NCBI GenBank assembly: GCA_030704615.1
Contig: CM060731.1
Span: forward strand, 70,122,001 to 70,186,000
Source of the DNA: Takakia lepidozioides
Taxonomy: Eukaryota; Plantae; Bryophyta
Length of the DNA: 64,000 bases
Direction of reading: 5' to 3'
Each line of letters opens with the position of its first letter. Position 1 is the stretch's first letter. Below, piece after piece: positions 37,001 to 50,697 of this stretch. The notes below the pieces were generated by a model that had not been told where the DNA came from, did not search any database, and worked only from the letters and a program-made list of their open reading frames with translations. The position numbers were made by a program, and so were the translations under genes.

Positions 37001-40000
37001 TTCGTCATAGTCTTATGTTAGGCCGCGTTGGCGAGTACTCACGCGCGGCCAAGGCTTTAACGCTTTCCTCACCAGTGCCTCCATCACCGGATACTGTCAT
37101 TGCCCTCGAAGCCCTTCACCCATCAACTTAGGATATTCTGCCGCTTTTTGTCGAGGACTTCGAGCCAGACCAGGATCTCAAGCTAGATCGGGAGGTCTTC
37201 ACTCAGGCCTTCATGCACAGTCCCCATCTTGCAACGGCAGGTCTTTCCAGTCTCCTATATGAACACTTACGCGACTGTTTCTCTCCACAGGACTCTGCTA
37301 GTGGCTTCTCTCAGCTATTTCAGATTTGCTCATTTATTGCTGCTGGCCGTATCCCTGCCCCAGTGGCCCGTCTCCTTGGGGCCTCCAGATTGTTGGCTAT
37401 GAACAAACCCTCAGGTACTGGAAATCTGCCCTATCGCAGTTGGAGAGGTTCTACCGCCTTGTCAACCGCTCACTTTGTCTTCAGTTTCGAGATGCCTTCT
37501 CCGGACACCTCTTTCCGCACCAGTTCGGGGTCGCCACTCCAGGCGGTTGCGAGGCGGTGATTCAGAGGATTCGTGCAGCTCTTGATCTTCATCCGGATTG
37601 GGTGGTTCTCCAGGTCGACGTCACCAACGCTTTCAACACTGTGTCACGAGCGGCTATCTTTCATGAGCTCCGTTCAGCCGAAGGAGATTTCCACCAGCTC
37701 ATTCCGTTTGTTCGATTATTCTATGCATCCACCACTCCCCTATACTACAGTCATTATTCTCGCCTAGGTGAGTGCTCCATCATTCAGTCCGAGGTTGGGA
37801 CCCGCCAAGGCGACCATTTAGGAGGACCTTTGTTTGCCATGGCTCATGTCCGCGCCCTCACGGCTTCTGCACAAGTTCACTCATCTTGTCTTTTTCCGTC
37901 AGTGGCAGACGACACGCACATTATAGGCCCTGCCTCACAGGTACTTTCAGCTTACCATCATTTTGTCACCTAACTCTCTGCCGTGGGCCTTTCAGTGCAA
38001 CCTCGCAAATGTGCGGTGTGGGCTCCGTCCGGTCTCCCTGCAGATTTTGTCCTCCCTGCTCACTTCATTGCTCCGCCCAATGGCATCAGAATCCTGGGAG
38101 TCTCTTTTAGCACCACCCAGTTCACAACGTCCTTCTTGGAAGATGCACTCCACCAGGATGCCACCCACGCCGATCTCTTTCCTAGGCTCGGAGATGTACA
38201 GATAGCATATGGAATCTTGACCAAATGTTTCCTTCAGCGTCCCTCATATCTCTTGCGCACTGTTCCACCCAGCCCAGATTTCCTACACCTCTTATCTGGG
38301 TTTGATACTACCATGATGACTATCTTCGGGAGATTGTTAGGACCAGGAGCTCTGGAGGGTGCTCAGGGACTTTTGCCACGACAGCAAGCCACCTTGCCCG
38401 TCTCTTCCGGTGGTGTGGGTCCTTTGTCCACTGTCACTACCGCCCCGTCAGCTTTCCTCGGCAGTTGGGCATTGGTGGCGCCAGCCCTCGCTTCACGATT
38501 TCTTTGTGACCATCGTCCCATCCTTATGGACGCCGTTGCACATGTCGACAGTGGCATTTTACCCTTCCAGCAGCATCTCCGCTCTGCACGAGATCATCTT
38601 CCAGCACCGGCGCGAGCATGTCTACCACCATTTGAGCAGTTGGTTGCTCAAGGCCTCGACCATCTTCAGGAGTTCATTTCCGAGCGCGTGCACCGTCAAT
38701 CATTTTCCGGCATGCTCTCAAGTGCTTCTTCTGAGTTGCATCGAGCCCGACTTCTATCATGCGCAGGACCCGGAGCAGGGGCATGGTTGACAGCACGACT
38801 CACTATCGCACATTTTCGCCTGTCATCCCCTATTTTCACTACTGCGCTCCGCCTTCGACTCGGTTTGCCTCATCTTTCGGCATCGGGCCTTCAACGCTGC
38901 GTCTGTCTTCAGCCCATCGATGACCTTGTCATCCATCTCCTCCGCTGTCCATGTGGTGGTGAGCGCACTGCGTCTCATGATATGGTTCACGATGCGGTGA
39001 CATCTATTGCTCGGGAGGCAGGGTATCTACGACCCACGCTCACGTCCCATTCTACACGCCGCCGTGTTGACATCGTCCTATCTAGAGATGGTTTGCGTAC
39101 CCTAGCAGATGTCGTTCTCGTCGACCCCACTCGAGCGGATTTGCTATCTCGCGCAGCTACCACACCAGGCACGACAGCCACTGTAGCAGCTCAGGCCAAG
39201 GAGCGCGACTACAGCGATCGTCACCCCACCGATACATTTCTTCCACTAGCGGTTGAGATATTTGGCTCATTGCACCGGCACTTCGACGATTTCCTGCGGA
39301 CATGTGCACTAAAGCTGTAGCCACAAGTACCCTCTCCCTCCCCCTTGTTGTGGCTGTCTGCGCCTCTTCTGCTCAGTGCAAATTCGATGCTCAGCTGCAT
39401 ACTGGATCCGGTATATAATAATTGCATTATGATCTGTAAATTGATAAGGGTGAAGGGACTTGACATAGGTAGCAATGGGACTCTAGTTTGCTGCAAGAAA
39501 GATAATTTAGACTGGTAAATGGCATAGGTCTATGCCAAAACATGCTTGGTTCCATTTACATTTCACTGTGACGTCCTCAAGATTCAATTCTAATGTCTAA
39601 TACATTGATGTTACAAAACTGAAGTGATGGGCGTCCAGTGCCACCCAACAAGTGTTAGTACTATCTTTCTCTCAAGGCAAAACCTGAAGACAATATTCAT
39701 TTTCTGGTTCATTGTCCGGGGTTTTCTCACCAAAGAGACGCTCTCTTCAAATCTATCGAGGGAATTGTGCCTGTACCTCTGTTTACCAACTTTGAAAGTA
39801 TCGAGGCTGAGCCAAAAGCCCAAGCCCTTTTGGGGCCTAGTTATTGGGCAAGTCACACATATTAGGTTGATGCTTGTATAAAGGGGATATCTGGAAAACC
39901 GGGATCCGTTGTTTATTCCAAGGTGAGTCTTACTACCGGCGCGCGTCAGCCCCTAACAAAGGTAGGTTCTGTCCCTTTGTGTTCCGCGGTCAATGGCCAC

Positions 40001-40477
40001 AAGGCTACGACAAACAATGTCTTATGAGTACTCTCAAGGCATGAAACTTCCCTGCATTTTTTTCCGGTCTGTGGCATGCCAGAGGACCTTAAGGATGATC
40101 TGAAGGGCCTCCTTACCCTCAGCGCTAGACTTACATAGATTACATTGGGATACAGTGGTGGTTTTTCCGAGCTTGCTATAGTGTATGGCTACAACTTCAA
40201 CATCTCAAGGCTGAGCCTAAAGTCCTGACACTGTTGGGGACTAACTGCTGGGCAGCTCACACACAGCAGATTGATGCTTGAGTGAAGGACTTTCTAGAGA
40301 ATATCTAGAAAGCCTAAACTAGTTGTTCATATGAAAGTAAGTCCTACTACCGGAGTAAGCCCCTCACAAAGGTAGTGTCTATTCCTTCTTGTTTCGCCCA
40401 AAGTGGGCGCGAGAATGTACTCATAAGACTTTGTATGACGTACCCCTGTGGCCATAGACCCCGCATCCAGTTTGGAC

Positions 40478-40523
<46 letters not shown>

Positions 40524-43500
40524 TGTAGTCATAAGACGTTATTTGCCGTTGCCTTGTGGCCATTGACCCCGCGCACAGTTTAAGCAAAGGCACAGAAACT
40601 ACCTTTGTCAAGGGCTGACGCCGGTAGTATGACTTACCTTGAAACAGACAACGGATCCGAGCTTTCCAGATATCCTCTAGAAAATCCCTTCACACAAGCA
40701 TCAATCTGATGTGTGTGATTTGCCCGATAACTAAGCCCCAAAAGGACCTGGGCTTTTGGCTCAGCCTCAAGATTTTCGAAGTTCGTAAACAGAGGTACAG
40801 GCACAAACCCCTTGATGGATTTGAAGTGGGCGTCTCTCTGGTGAGAGTACTCAGGACAATGAAGCAAAAAATGAATATTGTCTTCAGGTTGCCCACACAA
40901 CGGGCATTTGCAATCCCCTTTCCTCTTTGCATTTGTTTGCTGTTCAAAGGTAGGTTTCCCGTCCTGAGTGCCGAGAGTGGGGAAACCCTTGAGGTCATCC
41001 ATGATCCTTGAGGTCATCTCAGATAGAGAGAGAGAGAGAGAGAGAGAGATCACATAGCATGTCAAAGCTAAATAAGGAAACACTAAGCACAATGTGTTGT
41101 GTTTGCCTCCTTTTAACGACATCAGCCAGCCTAATCTAGGCACCATCAAACTGTCTCTACCCAGATCTGCCTCCACACCTCCCTTTATATATTCATGCTG
41201 GAAAAACAGTTTTTAGGTGTACAAAGTGGCAATCAGATGTACACTAGGTAGGCCTTCTGAGGAACACATCTGCCAAATACTCTTTTCACCTACTTATGTC
41301 TTCATGAGACCTTAAGTTGGCATGTGCAAGGTCCTATTATCACTCAAAATCAAGTACCACCTGCTGTTATACAGGGTTAGGAGGCTGAAGTAGGATGAGC
41401 ATATGAAAAATCACATGTAACCTCGGTTGTCATAGAAGATAAACAAACAGAAAAAAAAAAAAAAAAAAAAAAAATTGAATACCTGAACGCATGGCCATGG
41501 CCTGCTTTTGCTCTCGCAATGACACAATGAGCACCCCTTCTTCAGATTCCTGCCCTCTTAGTAACCCAAAGATTTCAAGCATCTCCTCCAGATCTTCCAC
41601 GTCCTAAAATACAAACACCATCCAAAAAACAAGTGGCAGACAATAAATAACATATGGCTTTGATGGTGCTTCTCATTCTCTATATATCCTCTCTCTATCT
41701 CAGGCCTCTCTTTCTCAAATGCTTTCTCTACATAGGGCTCACAAATTCATTGGTTCCTTATGCACTTTGGGCCTCATGGGGATGCAATATACATTCTTTT
41801 TCTTTAGGAGGGGACCTGCCAAATCAATCAAGCTACACTTTTAGGCTTAACAATCAAAGTGGGAACTTCACAGTGGTCCCAAAAGCACATGGGACTTTCA
41901 GTGGACTTGTAACTTTTCTTTTTTCTTTTTTCTTTTTTTCACTCCTATCTTTTGGGCTTGCAGGGCTCTTGTTCATTTCTTTCTCTCACTACTTCTATAG
42001 TCCTCCTTCCCAACACTCTTCACTACCAAATATGCGGTGAGATGTAAAACATTTTTAGACATGAGTTCGCATACCACAAGAGAAGACCTGGAGTTTGGTC
42101 TTGAGCTTTGTGACTTTGGTCTGAAGATGATCATGCTCAACTTCTAGCACATGCACTTGCTCCTTCACTGTTGTTGGGTGTCTCTCAATCTGGCGAACCC
42201 TTTCTAGGCGTCGATGTATAGCCTTGAAATGATCCCTTAGCACATCATATTGTGTGTGTAGCACGTTCACATCTTCTTCCAGTAAAAGTTCAGCCGGAAT
42301 TTCAACATCCACCAGAAAACGTGCCAAATATGTACGTTTTTTCAACATCTCAATCTGCCAGTAAAATATTAACACTTCAGTTGTGCATGAGGACATCACA
42401 GAACTTATATTCATGTTAGATTTTTTCTGATAATAAATAAGATTTCTTTCTTTCATCCTTCAGTCTGCAAAGTGAGTGGGCTCAAAGAAAATATTTACAA
42501 GGTTGATCTCCACCTTTGTCCCTCTCTCTACCTGTTATGATCTTGTAATAGCCGACTCTAGTTGTCAACTCAAACAATTGTCCACAAGGGTACTTAACCT
42601 TAGTCTTAAATTATTTGGGTGGACACAACTTTCAAATCTGTGGTGAAGTTTGGTTCTGTCGCTGGGAGAGTTGGGACCAGTATCATACCACCCCGTTACC
42701 CAATCTACCCCTGATGTCATAGCATCAAAATGACAAATTGCACAACCCCATTACTAAACTAAGGAATGTTTAGAATGGAGAGAAGGAAACAAAAGGAAAT
42801 TTAAGAGCTAACCTGAGGAAGTAACCAAGCAAGAAGGGGATAAATGACACTGCTGTTTCCAGAGGCAATCCCCTGTCTTGAGGATGCCCTGCCCTATCAA
42901 TTAGGCAAACAGTTATAAGCTCAACCCATCAATGCGGTTAAAGATAACATTCTTTACATATGATTTCTTGTTCATTTCTTTTGGTGGTGCAGGGCAAAAT
43001 AGACAGGATTATGTCATGCGGTGAAACCGTGAAATGACCATGTATTTAACCAAAATAATATCATATTCATAGCATCTTTCACTGCCACAGAAAGACAAGA
43101 TGTGTTACTGCAAGGCATAAGGTCAGACACACCGCAAGAAGACATATATACATCATGTTATGGGTCAGATGTGTGAGTGAAATCATCTATGGAAAACATC
43201 AGTTCATATTTAGTCTATCATTGCAGAGGCGTGTGGATTTTGAGTGTAGAAGATGGAAAAAAAAAATGAACAATGGGTATGTACTTTTGTGATTAGGTCT
43301 AACTAGAATGTCAATTACATCCTGAGCAACATACACCAGTATTGTTTTATAGGAAACTCCAAATATATATCAAAGCAATTAAGGATTATTGAGAGTGTAC
43401 TATAGGCATCCTGATTGTGTTGATCATAGTAGAAATATTTATGGTTGAGGACAACTAATCATTCCTTATCTGCCGTAACTTTTGAGAGCGACTACGTATT

Positions 43501-44751
43501 TGAGCACACACCTAGTTGAACTGCTCAACATTTGCTCAAATACCAGGTTTGGCAGAACCTTGTACCTAGCACATTGTGATTCTCCAAATCCTTGATGAAG
43601 ATGGTAATAGGTGGCACTGATGGAGTATGAACAAAATCTATTGCCCATCCATGAGACATCCTAAGCAGCTTCCAGAGAATAGCCTCTATAGCGACCAATA
43701 GTCACCACTTTAAATCTCTGATTTTAACTTCACCAAAGTAAACTAACATACCCCTCATCCCTCCAGAATTTGTGAAGGGTACCTTACAGATCCAATAGTT
43801 ACCAAGGGAGTCGAATACTCATGCAATGAATCCTACTTACAAACATGTTACCGGAGAGGGGCATGAGAATACCAATGGGTAGTGGGCCGATAATTGAGTA
43901 CTCGAAGTAGCTCCATAACCCAGTTTAGTGTGGCTTCATTAGCATCTATTTCATCATCCCTTCTCTGCAGCACGGTTGGTCTATATGATGTCTTAGTGCA
44001 AATTTACAAGAGTCGTTTAGCCCAAAATGATATCTTATTTTTTATTTTTATTTTACGCTTTTCACTATTTCTCTTGGTTTTTGAAAGAACCAATTATATA
44101 TGCCTAGATTTCATTTAATTTTTGCAAAGAGGGCATGATTCTACATACCAAATTCTCTCTCTATCTCTCTCTCTCTCTGAGGGACCGCGATGAGTACAAT
44201 ATCTCTTCTGCGGCCGGCGAAAAGCTACGCCATGCTTTAAAGCATCAAAATATACATGCAAGAGAATCTACATGATGTTGCAAATGTAATAATAGCCCGT
44301 CGAATTCTAGCTCTAAAATAAGCTCAAACTCTTGCGTAAAAATACAAAGATGAGTGATAATGTTTTAATTTGCTAATGTGGACGAAGGAAAACAACGGGG
44401 CGGACAAACCTGGCTCATTGGCTGAACAGTGGAGAGCACATTGAGGAGCACCTGCAGAAGTTGCTGCGGATTTCTATTGCTGCATCAATAATCTAGCCCC
44501 GATTAAAAAATTGATAATTGCACTGTTACGGCACTCCACCCATAGGATGCGCTGTGACGAAGGTAAAGAGGTAAATGGATAAAGATGAAAAAATAAATAG
44601 ATCAAGGGGACAACACCCTTCCCACAAATAGGCCAGGGTTTTAAGTCATCGGAACCATTAGAACTAGCACGAACCTGAAATCAAGGAGAGAAAATGAATA
44701 GTCGAAAGGCGATGAATTCAGAAGCGTCACAATTCCTTGCACATCTGCCAT
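31053..44751 (-). CDS. IFT81: Intraflagellar transport protein 81 (multi-exon, large TE-filled introns; 3' end not located)
   Basis: Exon 1 44751-44675 [25 protein letters not shown]. Further exons [82 protein letters not shown] and [20 protein letters not shown], in IFT81 order. Integrity of every junction was not verified. Confidence 0.85.
34850..35035 (-). mobile_element. Diverged 3' fragment of the same LINE family
   Basis: Reverse strand reads cacatagcagattgatgctt..ctagaggaaatctgg..ggggtctatggccacaag..agtacattctctctc. Confidence 0.75.
35801..36010 (-). CDS. RPL38: 60S ribosomal protein L38 (eL38), intronless, nested in an IFT81 intron
   Basis: Complete 69-aa [69 protein letters not shown]. 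Confidence 0.95.
   Translation of the reverse strand: MPKQISEIKDFLLTARRKDARSVKIKRSKDVVKFKVRCKKYLYTLCVFDTDKADKLKQSLPPGLTVHDL
36141..36155 (-). promoter_or_regulatory. telo-box (AAACCCTAA) upstream of RPL38
   Basis: aaaccctaaccctaa about 130 bp 5' of the ATG. Telo-boxes are typical of plant ribosomal-protein genes. Confidence 0.6.
36438..39320 (+). mobile_element. CRE-clade-like non-LTR retrotransposon (zinc finger-RT-restriction-like endonuclease), degenerate and 3'-truncated
   Basis: C2HC finger [23 protein letters not shown] motifs [38 protein letters not shown] and SVADD. RLE motifs [32 protein letters not shown]. Confidence 0.85.
39677..41048. mobile_element. Cluster of 3' fragments of the (CT)n-associated LINE in both orientations (39677-40031 +, ~40090-40395 +, ~40412-40455 -, 40520-41020 -) ending at a (GA)n run
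   Basis: Repeated [27 protein letters not shown] and EAEPKAQ peptides with TTATGA(G/C)TAC termini. (GA)n at 41023-41048. Confidence 0.85.
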
Positions 44752-45029
44752 ATTGCTCATACAATGGGAAATGAGCCCTCCAAAAGTCTACCTCCTTACC
44801 ACGCCCAACCAACAATGTGGTGAGGGAGTGGAGGTTACTGAATCCAACAACCCCAACAACAGGCGGTTGCATGGCAGTTTTATGGTTGTCATGTTCTCCG
44901 CCTGCCCACTTGGCAGCTTGTGGCAGTGGCCTTGGTCCATGACTCATGTCGCTCATGGTTTTCGGCTCATGAAATAACATCCCTTGTTACCATGAGAAAT
45001 TATTTTTATTTTTCATCTTTATTACTGAT

Positions 45030-46660
45030 TATCTATCCTAGATACCGAGGTGACGGCCTAGGTGGACTGACCTCGTAGATAAAATTTTACAGTATTTAAG
45101 AAACTAATATATATATATATATATATATGAATATGGGACCCAATATTGGTGGTTGCACACATTTCAAAAAATTGAAAAAACACGCGTCCGCCAATATTGA
45201 TGGTCGTAGATATTTAAAAGAAAAATACACGCGACCTTCAATAGGTGGTTGCACGCATTAAGTGTTTTTGAAAAAAATTATTGTGTGTGACTGCTAACAT
45301 TGGCGGTCGCATGCATTTATAAATAAAATAAAATGTTGTGACTGCCAATATTGGTGGTGACATGCATTTGTTTAAAAAACAAAATGTTGCGACTGCCGAT
45401 ATTGGCAATCGGAAAAAAATTAAAATTAAAAACAAATAAAGTGACATGTTTGCGACGTGACTCATGCGGAAGTGATACATTTTTACTTTAATTTGTTTTT
45501 ATTAATATATCCGCAAAACCGACGTGACGTAGGTTGCATCAACGTCCAGTCTGATGCGACCTAACGTGACGTGACCGACATGACGTTGATAACTAGGCCT
45601 TAAATACAACCACCCTCACCCTGAACACCATTAGACAGGTCTTGGACTTTATTTTCCTATCACAGTGTAGAAATACAAATCATAGCATAGGTAGGAGGTG
45701 GGGAAAACTTTGAACAGACCAACTAAATATGGCTCGGCCAACACATCACAGTCTAACACTCAGTTGAAGGCATTTGTACTTCCACACTAGTTCAGCACAT
45801 TGACAATGGACGGGGTACAAAAAGTCATAGGAATAGAGATAAAAAATTAACATTAATGAACATTTGTTTATATGAGTGGATTCCAATATGTGATGGGGGT
45901 GAAATACACACATTGCAACCCTTTGATACAGGAACTAGCCAACGAGCAGTTGCAGAGCAAGCAACCACCATATTTAATGTTCTGGGTCTTGTTGACATTG
46001 GTGAATTGTTTTATTTCGTGGTGCTGAAAGGGCTTAAGGTAAGTCATTTTTTGTAAACATGTATTGTTATATGACGTTGGTCAAAGTAGTCAGTTATTGA
46101 TTTTTATTTAAATTAAAATCAAGATTTTCGAATAAAATCGGGACCGCCAGAGGTGGCCGTGTCCATTTATTTTTTTATTTTTTAAATTCTTCTTTAAGGA
46201 TAAAATCATGACCGTCGCGATGTTTTAAAAACAAGATAAAATTGGAACCCCAATTGTAATTTATGGTTTTGTTTTGGATAAAATTGGGACCGTCACCTCT
46301 GGCAGTCCCAATTTTAATTTAAAAAATATATATATGACCCTAGCTTTGGCGGTCTCTAATATAACAAAAATAATTTGACAGAAAAACAGAAAAACATTGG
46401 ACCACAGCTCTGGCAATACCAAATGTAAATTAAAAAATTAAAGAAAAATTGGGATCGTCAGCTCTGGCGGTCCCGAATTTAAATAATAATAAATAAATGG
46501 AACTGTCAGCTTTGGCGATTTCGATTTTTTAATAAACAAATACAATATAATAAAAAATTAAAAATCCAGCTTTGACGGTCCCAAATTTAACCCAAAAAAT
46601 ATAAAAATGGTAAAAATAATTGAGATCGTAAGCTCCGACAGTCCCAATTTTTCAGTAAAA
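45030..46660. repeat. AT-rich repeat built of short palindromic units (GGGACCGCCA..TGGCGGTCCC), probable non-autonomous DNA-transposon ends
   Basis: Units recur every ~40-60 bp in A/T spacers at 45120-45600 and 46130-46650. Related arrays occur at 54120-55080, 57200-57540 and 60560-60970. Confidence 0.6.
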
Positions 46661-46666
46661 ACAGGT

Positions 46667-46781
46667 ACGCTGTGATAGGCTGTGTGGCACTGTGGTAAGC
46701 TGTGATAGGCTGTGACACGCTGTGGTAGGTTGTGATAGGCTGTGTCACGCTGTGATGGATTGTGATAGGCTGTGTGACACT
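46667..46781 (+). repeat. 30-bp tandem repeat, about 4 copies
   Basis: ctgtgataggctgtgt.acgctgtggtag units. Confidence 0.85.
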
Positions 46782-46785
46782 TGTA

Positions 46786-47367
46786 CTACCCGCCCTGGTC
46801 ATATACGCTCGGCCTAGCGACAAGTGCTTCATACTCCGTTGGTATCACTGGCGCAGCCCGTGACTGCTTCTGTGTTTCAACATGCAAATCGTGCTGCAAT
46901 GGTTTGTCATGGATACCACTGTACCCCTTCAACTTATTGGCATTGACTCTTCCCAGCATCTCTTTGTTAATGGTTTGTAACATGGCGGTGTTATCATACA
47001 TCTTCTGTATGACATAAGGTCCTTTCCATGGTGATTTAAGCTTAGAAGCTTTAATCTTACCCTTCTTCTGGAACCAGAGAACCAAATCTCCCGTCTTAAA
47101 AGTCTTTAACTTGCCTTCATCAAACTGTTCCTTCCTCTTCATCTGAATTCTGGTCATGTTATCAGCTGCATCAGCACGTACTTCTTTCACATGGTATAAT
47201 TCATGTTTCCTGACCTTAATTGAATCTTGCAATTCCATTCTCTTTCCCCATTCCGTTCTCATGGTAGGTAACAGGAATTCCACTGGAAGTAAAGCTTCCA
47301 TACCATAAACTAATTGGAATGGTGTATACTTAGTGGTGACTTTATATGAAGTCCTGTATGACCACAA
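46786..47367 (-). mobile_element. Ty3/gypsy integrase C-terminal remnant
   Basis: WSYRTSYKVTTKYTPFQLVYGMEALLPVE...FKTGDLVL...KLKSPWKGPYVI...VNANKLKGY (GPY/F motif). Confidence 0.85.
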
Positions 47368-47385
47368 AGCTTACTCACGAGTATC

Positions 47386-47590
47386 TTCATCCCTATTTCG
47401 GCGCCGAAATTCATTTATGGGTGGAAATTCTTTTTTGCTCACGGGTAAGTTCATCCCTATTTCGGCGCGGAAATTCATCCGTGGGCTGAAATTCTTCTTT
47501 GCTCACGTGTATGTTCATCCTTATTTCGGCGCCGAAATTTATTCGTGGGCTGAAATTTCTTTTTGCTCACGGGTATGTTCATTCCTTTCT
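47386..47590 (+). repeat. ~64-bp tandem repeat, about 3 copies, with internal palindrome atttcggcgccgaaat
   Basis: ttcatccctatttcggcgccgaaattc..gtgggctgaaattc..tttgctcacg repeated. Confidence 0.85.
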
Positions 47591-49175
47591 GCTCATTTGG
47601 CTTCAGTGTCATGAGTCTGCACACAATGCCGCCTTGGGATTTGATGATTAGATATAGTGCAAATCTAGCATAGTTGATGAGGGCACTAGTGAGGGTTAGC
47701 TGTAACCTCCTTGAAATCAGAGAGAGGATGATGTGGATAGGGCTGCAAACTGACACTGATGTGGAGTCTAGAACTGCTTCAGAGTGGTTCATCATTTGAA
47801 CAGATGAGGTTCACATCTGAAAGGGCAAAAGAGAGCTATTGGGGTGTTTAGCTGTAGACCTGTAGAAGGGTTGGGAACTGTCGGGCTGGGTTTCCCTTGG
47901 GGGCAAGCAGTGTGAAGGGTCTGTAATTGGGGGAGAGAAAGACTGATGAAAGAGAGCTGATCATGTCTTGTGTGACCAAGGTTGATTCCAAGGCTGGATG
48001 CACTGGATGCGTGGCTGAATGTGTCTTGCATTGCATTGTAGATAGGCTGCTGTTGGAAGAAAATGAGGAACCTTTACACCAGGAAGGAGAGAGAAAAGGT
48101 TTGGGAAGGGAGAGAGCTGCCCAGTAAAAGGGGTAATGAGGGATGGTCAACTGGGAGATAAGAGGAAAAACCATGACATCTACAGAGAACCACTAGGCCT
48201 GTAGTTCATGGCAGATCTGAGTTGTCTTTCTCTCATCAGTGATCTCATTACAAAAAGGGGTTTTTGAACGTGTGCTGCTCAAGGGAGATGCCCACATGGG
48301 TCGCACTTAGCTCCGTCATAGGGCTGGTTGCATCACTGAAAATATCACGGCAGCACCGTTGGTGCTGCAAAATGTAGCAAGACTGTGTAAATCATGAACA
48401 AGGAGGACTCAATTTTTCATCCATGTTTTCTCTTCCGCTGCGGCGTGGATGAGGATTTATGAACTCTGATCATGAACGAAATGAGGGAAACCCACAACCA
48501 TGTGCCGCTGGTAGATCACTAGGTTGTTTTATTTATTTATTTATTTTTTACTAGGAATGAAGTACAGTTGGAATCACACAGAAGAGGATTTATGCCATTT
48601 CTTTTCAAACTACACTCTGCTCGCATCGCCCGCTTCCTCTGCTGCCACCATCCAAGCGCGCCCACAAAAACAAAGAAATGAGAACAAACTTAGAGTTGAT
48701 GAAAAATCACAAGCTAAACCCTATATTTGGCCACAAAATGGTAAGCAGACTTTTGTGATCAAACATTCCCAATCTCTTCACAGTCCCATTCTCTTCCCAA
48801 TCTCTTCATATTCCCAATCCCAATCAACTCGTACCTCTTAGCTAGCTTCTAGTTGCGCGTCGCGTGTCATATCTGGCAGCTCGTCGTCCCCGCACTTCAA
48901 TCTAGCCCAACGCAACTAGCCATCCCCATTGCCCGACGAAGGCGACCTCCAATCGACGGTTGTAACTTGATGTACAAAAATAATCAACGGCTACAATTAA
49001 TTTAACTTTTTGCTCCGTCGTTCCTGCGTGCTGCGTTTTCTATTTCACATGTCCATTTTTTAGGACTGCAGTTGCCGATTTTGGATGGCCCGTACCATGC
49101 TTTGGCCCCCCACTATCTCCGCAGAAGATGAAGTAACTTCACCACTCTCACAGAGTGTAGCTGCCAGCCTAAAAC

Positions 49176-49675
49176 NNNNNNNNNNNNNNNNNNNNNNNNN
49201 NNNNNNNNNNNNNNNNNNNNNNNNNNNNNNNNNNNNNNNNNNNNNNNNNNNNNNNNNNNNNNNNNNNNNNNNNNNNNNNNNNNNNNNNNNNNNNNNNNNN
49301 NNNNNNNNNNNNNNNNNNNNNNNNNNNNNNNNNNNNNNNNNNNNNNNNNNNNNNNNNNNNNNNNNNNNNNNNNNNNNNNNNNNNNNNNNNNNNNNNNNNN
49401 NNNNNNNNNNNNNNNNNNNNNNNNNNNNNNNNNNNNNNNNNNNNNNNNNNNNNNNNNNNNNNNNNNNNNNNNNNNNNNNNNNNNNNNNNNNNNNNNNNNN
49501 NNNNNNNNNNNNNNNNNNNNNNNNNNNNNNNNNNNNNNNNNNNNNNNNNNNNNNNNNNNNNNNNNNNNNNNNNNNNNNNNNNNNNNNNNNNNNNNNNNNN
49601 NNNNNNNNNNNNNNNNNNNNNNNNNNNNNNNNNNNNNNNNNNNNNNNNNNNNNNNNNNNNNNNNNNNNNNNNNNN
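49176..49675. other. Assembly gap (500 N)
   Basis: Run of N. Confidence 1.
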
Positions 49676-50250
49676 TCCAATGATCTGCAGTACAGGGTAA
49701 TGAATCCCTTACGAGGATCAGAAATGCTTGGAATGAACCATTGATTCTTAGACACTCCCTTGAGCTATAGTAAGTGATATGTGCTTGACAAGTAAGCGGG
49801 GTGGATGTCACACTTTTCAGTAGGTTTATCCGCCTGTACACAACCATGAACTACCTTCAAAATTGTCTTGCGACAGTGGAGGGTATGCGCCACTTTGGAG
49901 TATTAAGTGATAGATTAATTGTTGTCATTGGTTCACAAGAGTGCTAACAACATACTTCCCGAAGTGTGTTCTATACAATTTGTGCAATTGGTTAGTAAAC
50001 TTTGTTGTACTGCCTCTATTACCTTGGTTCATGGCCATTTTGTCAATGTGTACCTCTCCTTCTCACATGGTTTCTGCATGGGGTTTACCAGTACCTCACA
50101 GATTTGTTGATGCTTGTTTAGGCAGCCAGCCAGCCTGCTCGTCTTTAAATCCAATCTTCAATGATCTTGAGTGAAAGGTGTTGTTGGTACAGCTAGTTGT
50201 GTGAATATTTGGCAGATGGTGATAGTGGTTGTGTTCTCCAACTATGGCAG

Positions 50251-50697
50251 GTGATGCATGCATTTGAAGCAGAGGATCAAGGAGAGCTAAGTTTAGCTGT
50301 TGGGGACTACGTGGTTGTTCGTCAGGTCTGGGGCTTCAACTCTCTCCTGGTTCAAACTGCTTGTACTCTTGTTCACTGAAAATTCCTCTATCACCTGGTT
50401 GGGATGAGGACAAGGGGCTGCCCTTTGTCTGAAAACCTGGGGGAATTTTGAGAGGTTCAATTCTATCCGACAGAATCCCCCCTGAACGACTGAAATAGGG
50501 TGCAAACACAAAATCTATCCTTATCACCGCTGCTAAATGTCTTGACCAACCCTACTGTGTTTTGGGAATAGGTCTCTCCATCTGGCTGGTCAGAGGGAGA
50601 ATGCAAGGGGAAGGCTGCCTGGTTTCCATCATCATATGTCAAACAGAGGCAACGTATTCCTGCTAGCAAGGTGGCTGAAGCTGGCTCCGTTGTTTAA
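50251..50697 (+). CDS. Last two exons (50251-50325, 50572-50697) of an SH3P2/SH3P3-like BAR-SH3 protein; 5' part lost in or before the gap
   Basis: VMHAFEAEDQGELSLAVGDYVVVRQ | VSPSGWSEGECKGKAAWFPSSYVKQRQRIPASKVAE with GT-AG borders. Confidence 0.85.

Noticed and set aside
49060-49847. Long ORFs of 219-244 aa
   Set aside because: Artefacts of translating through the 500-N gap.
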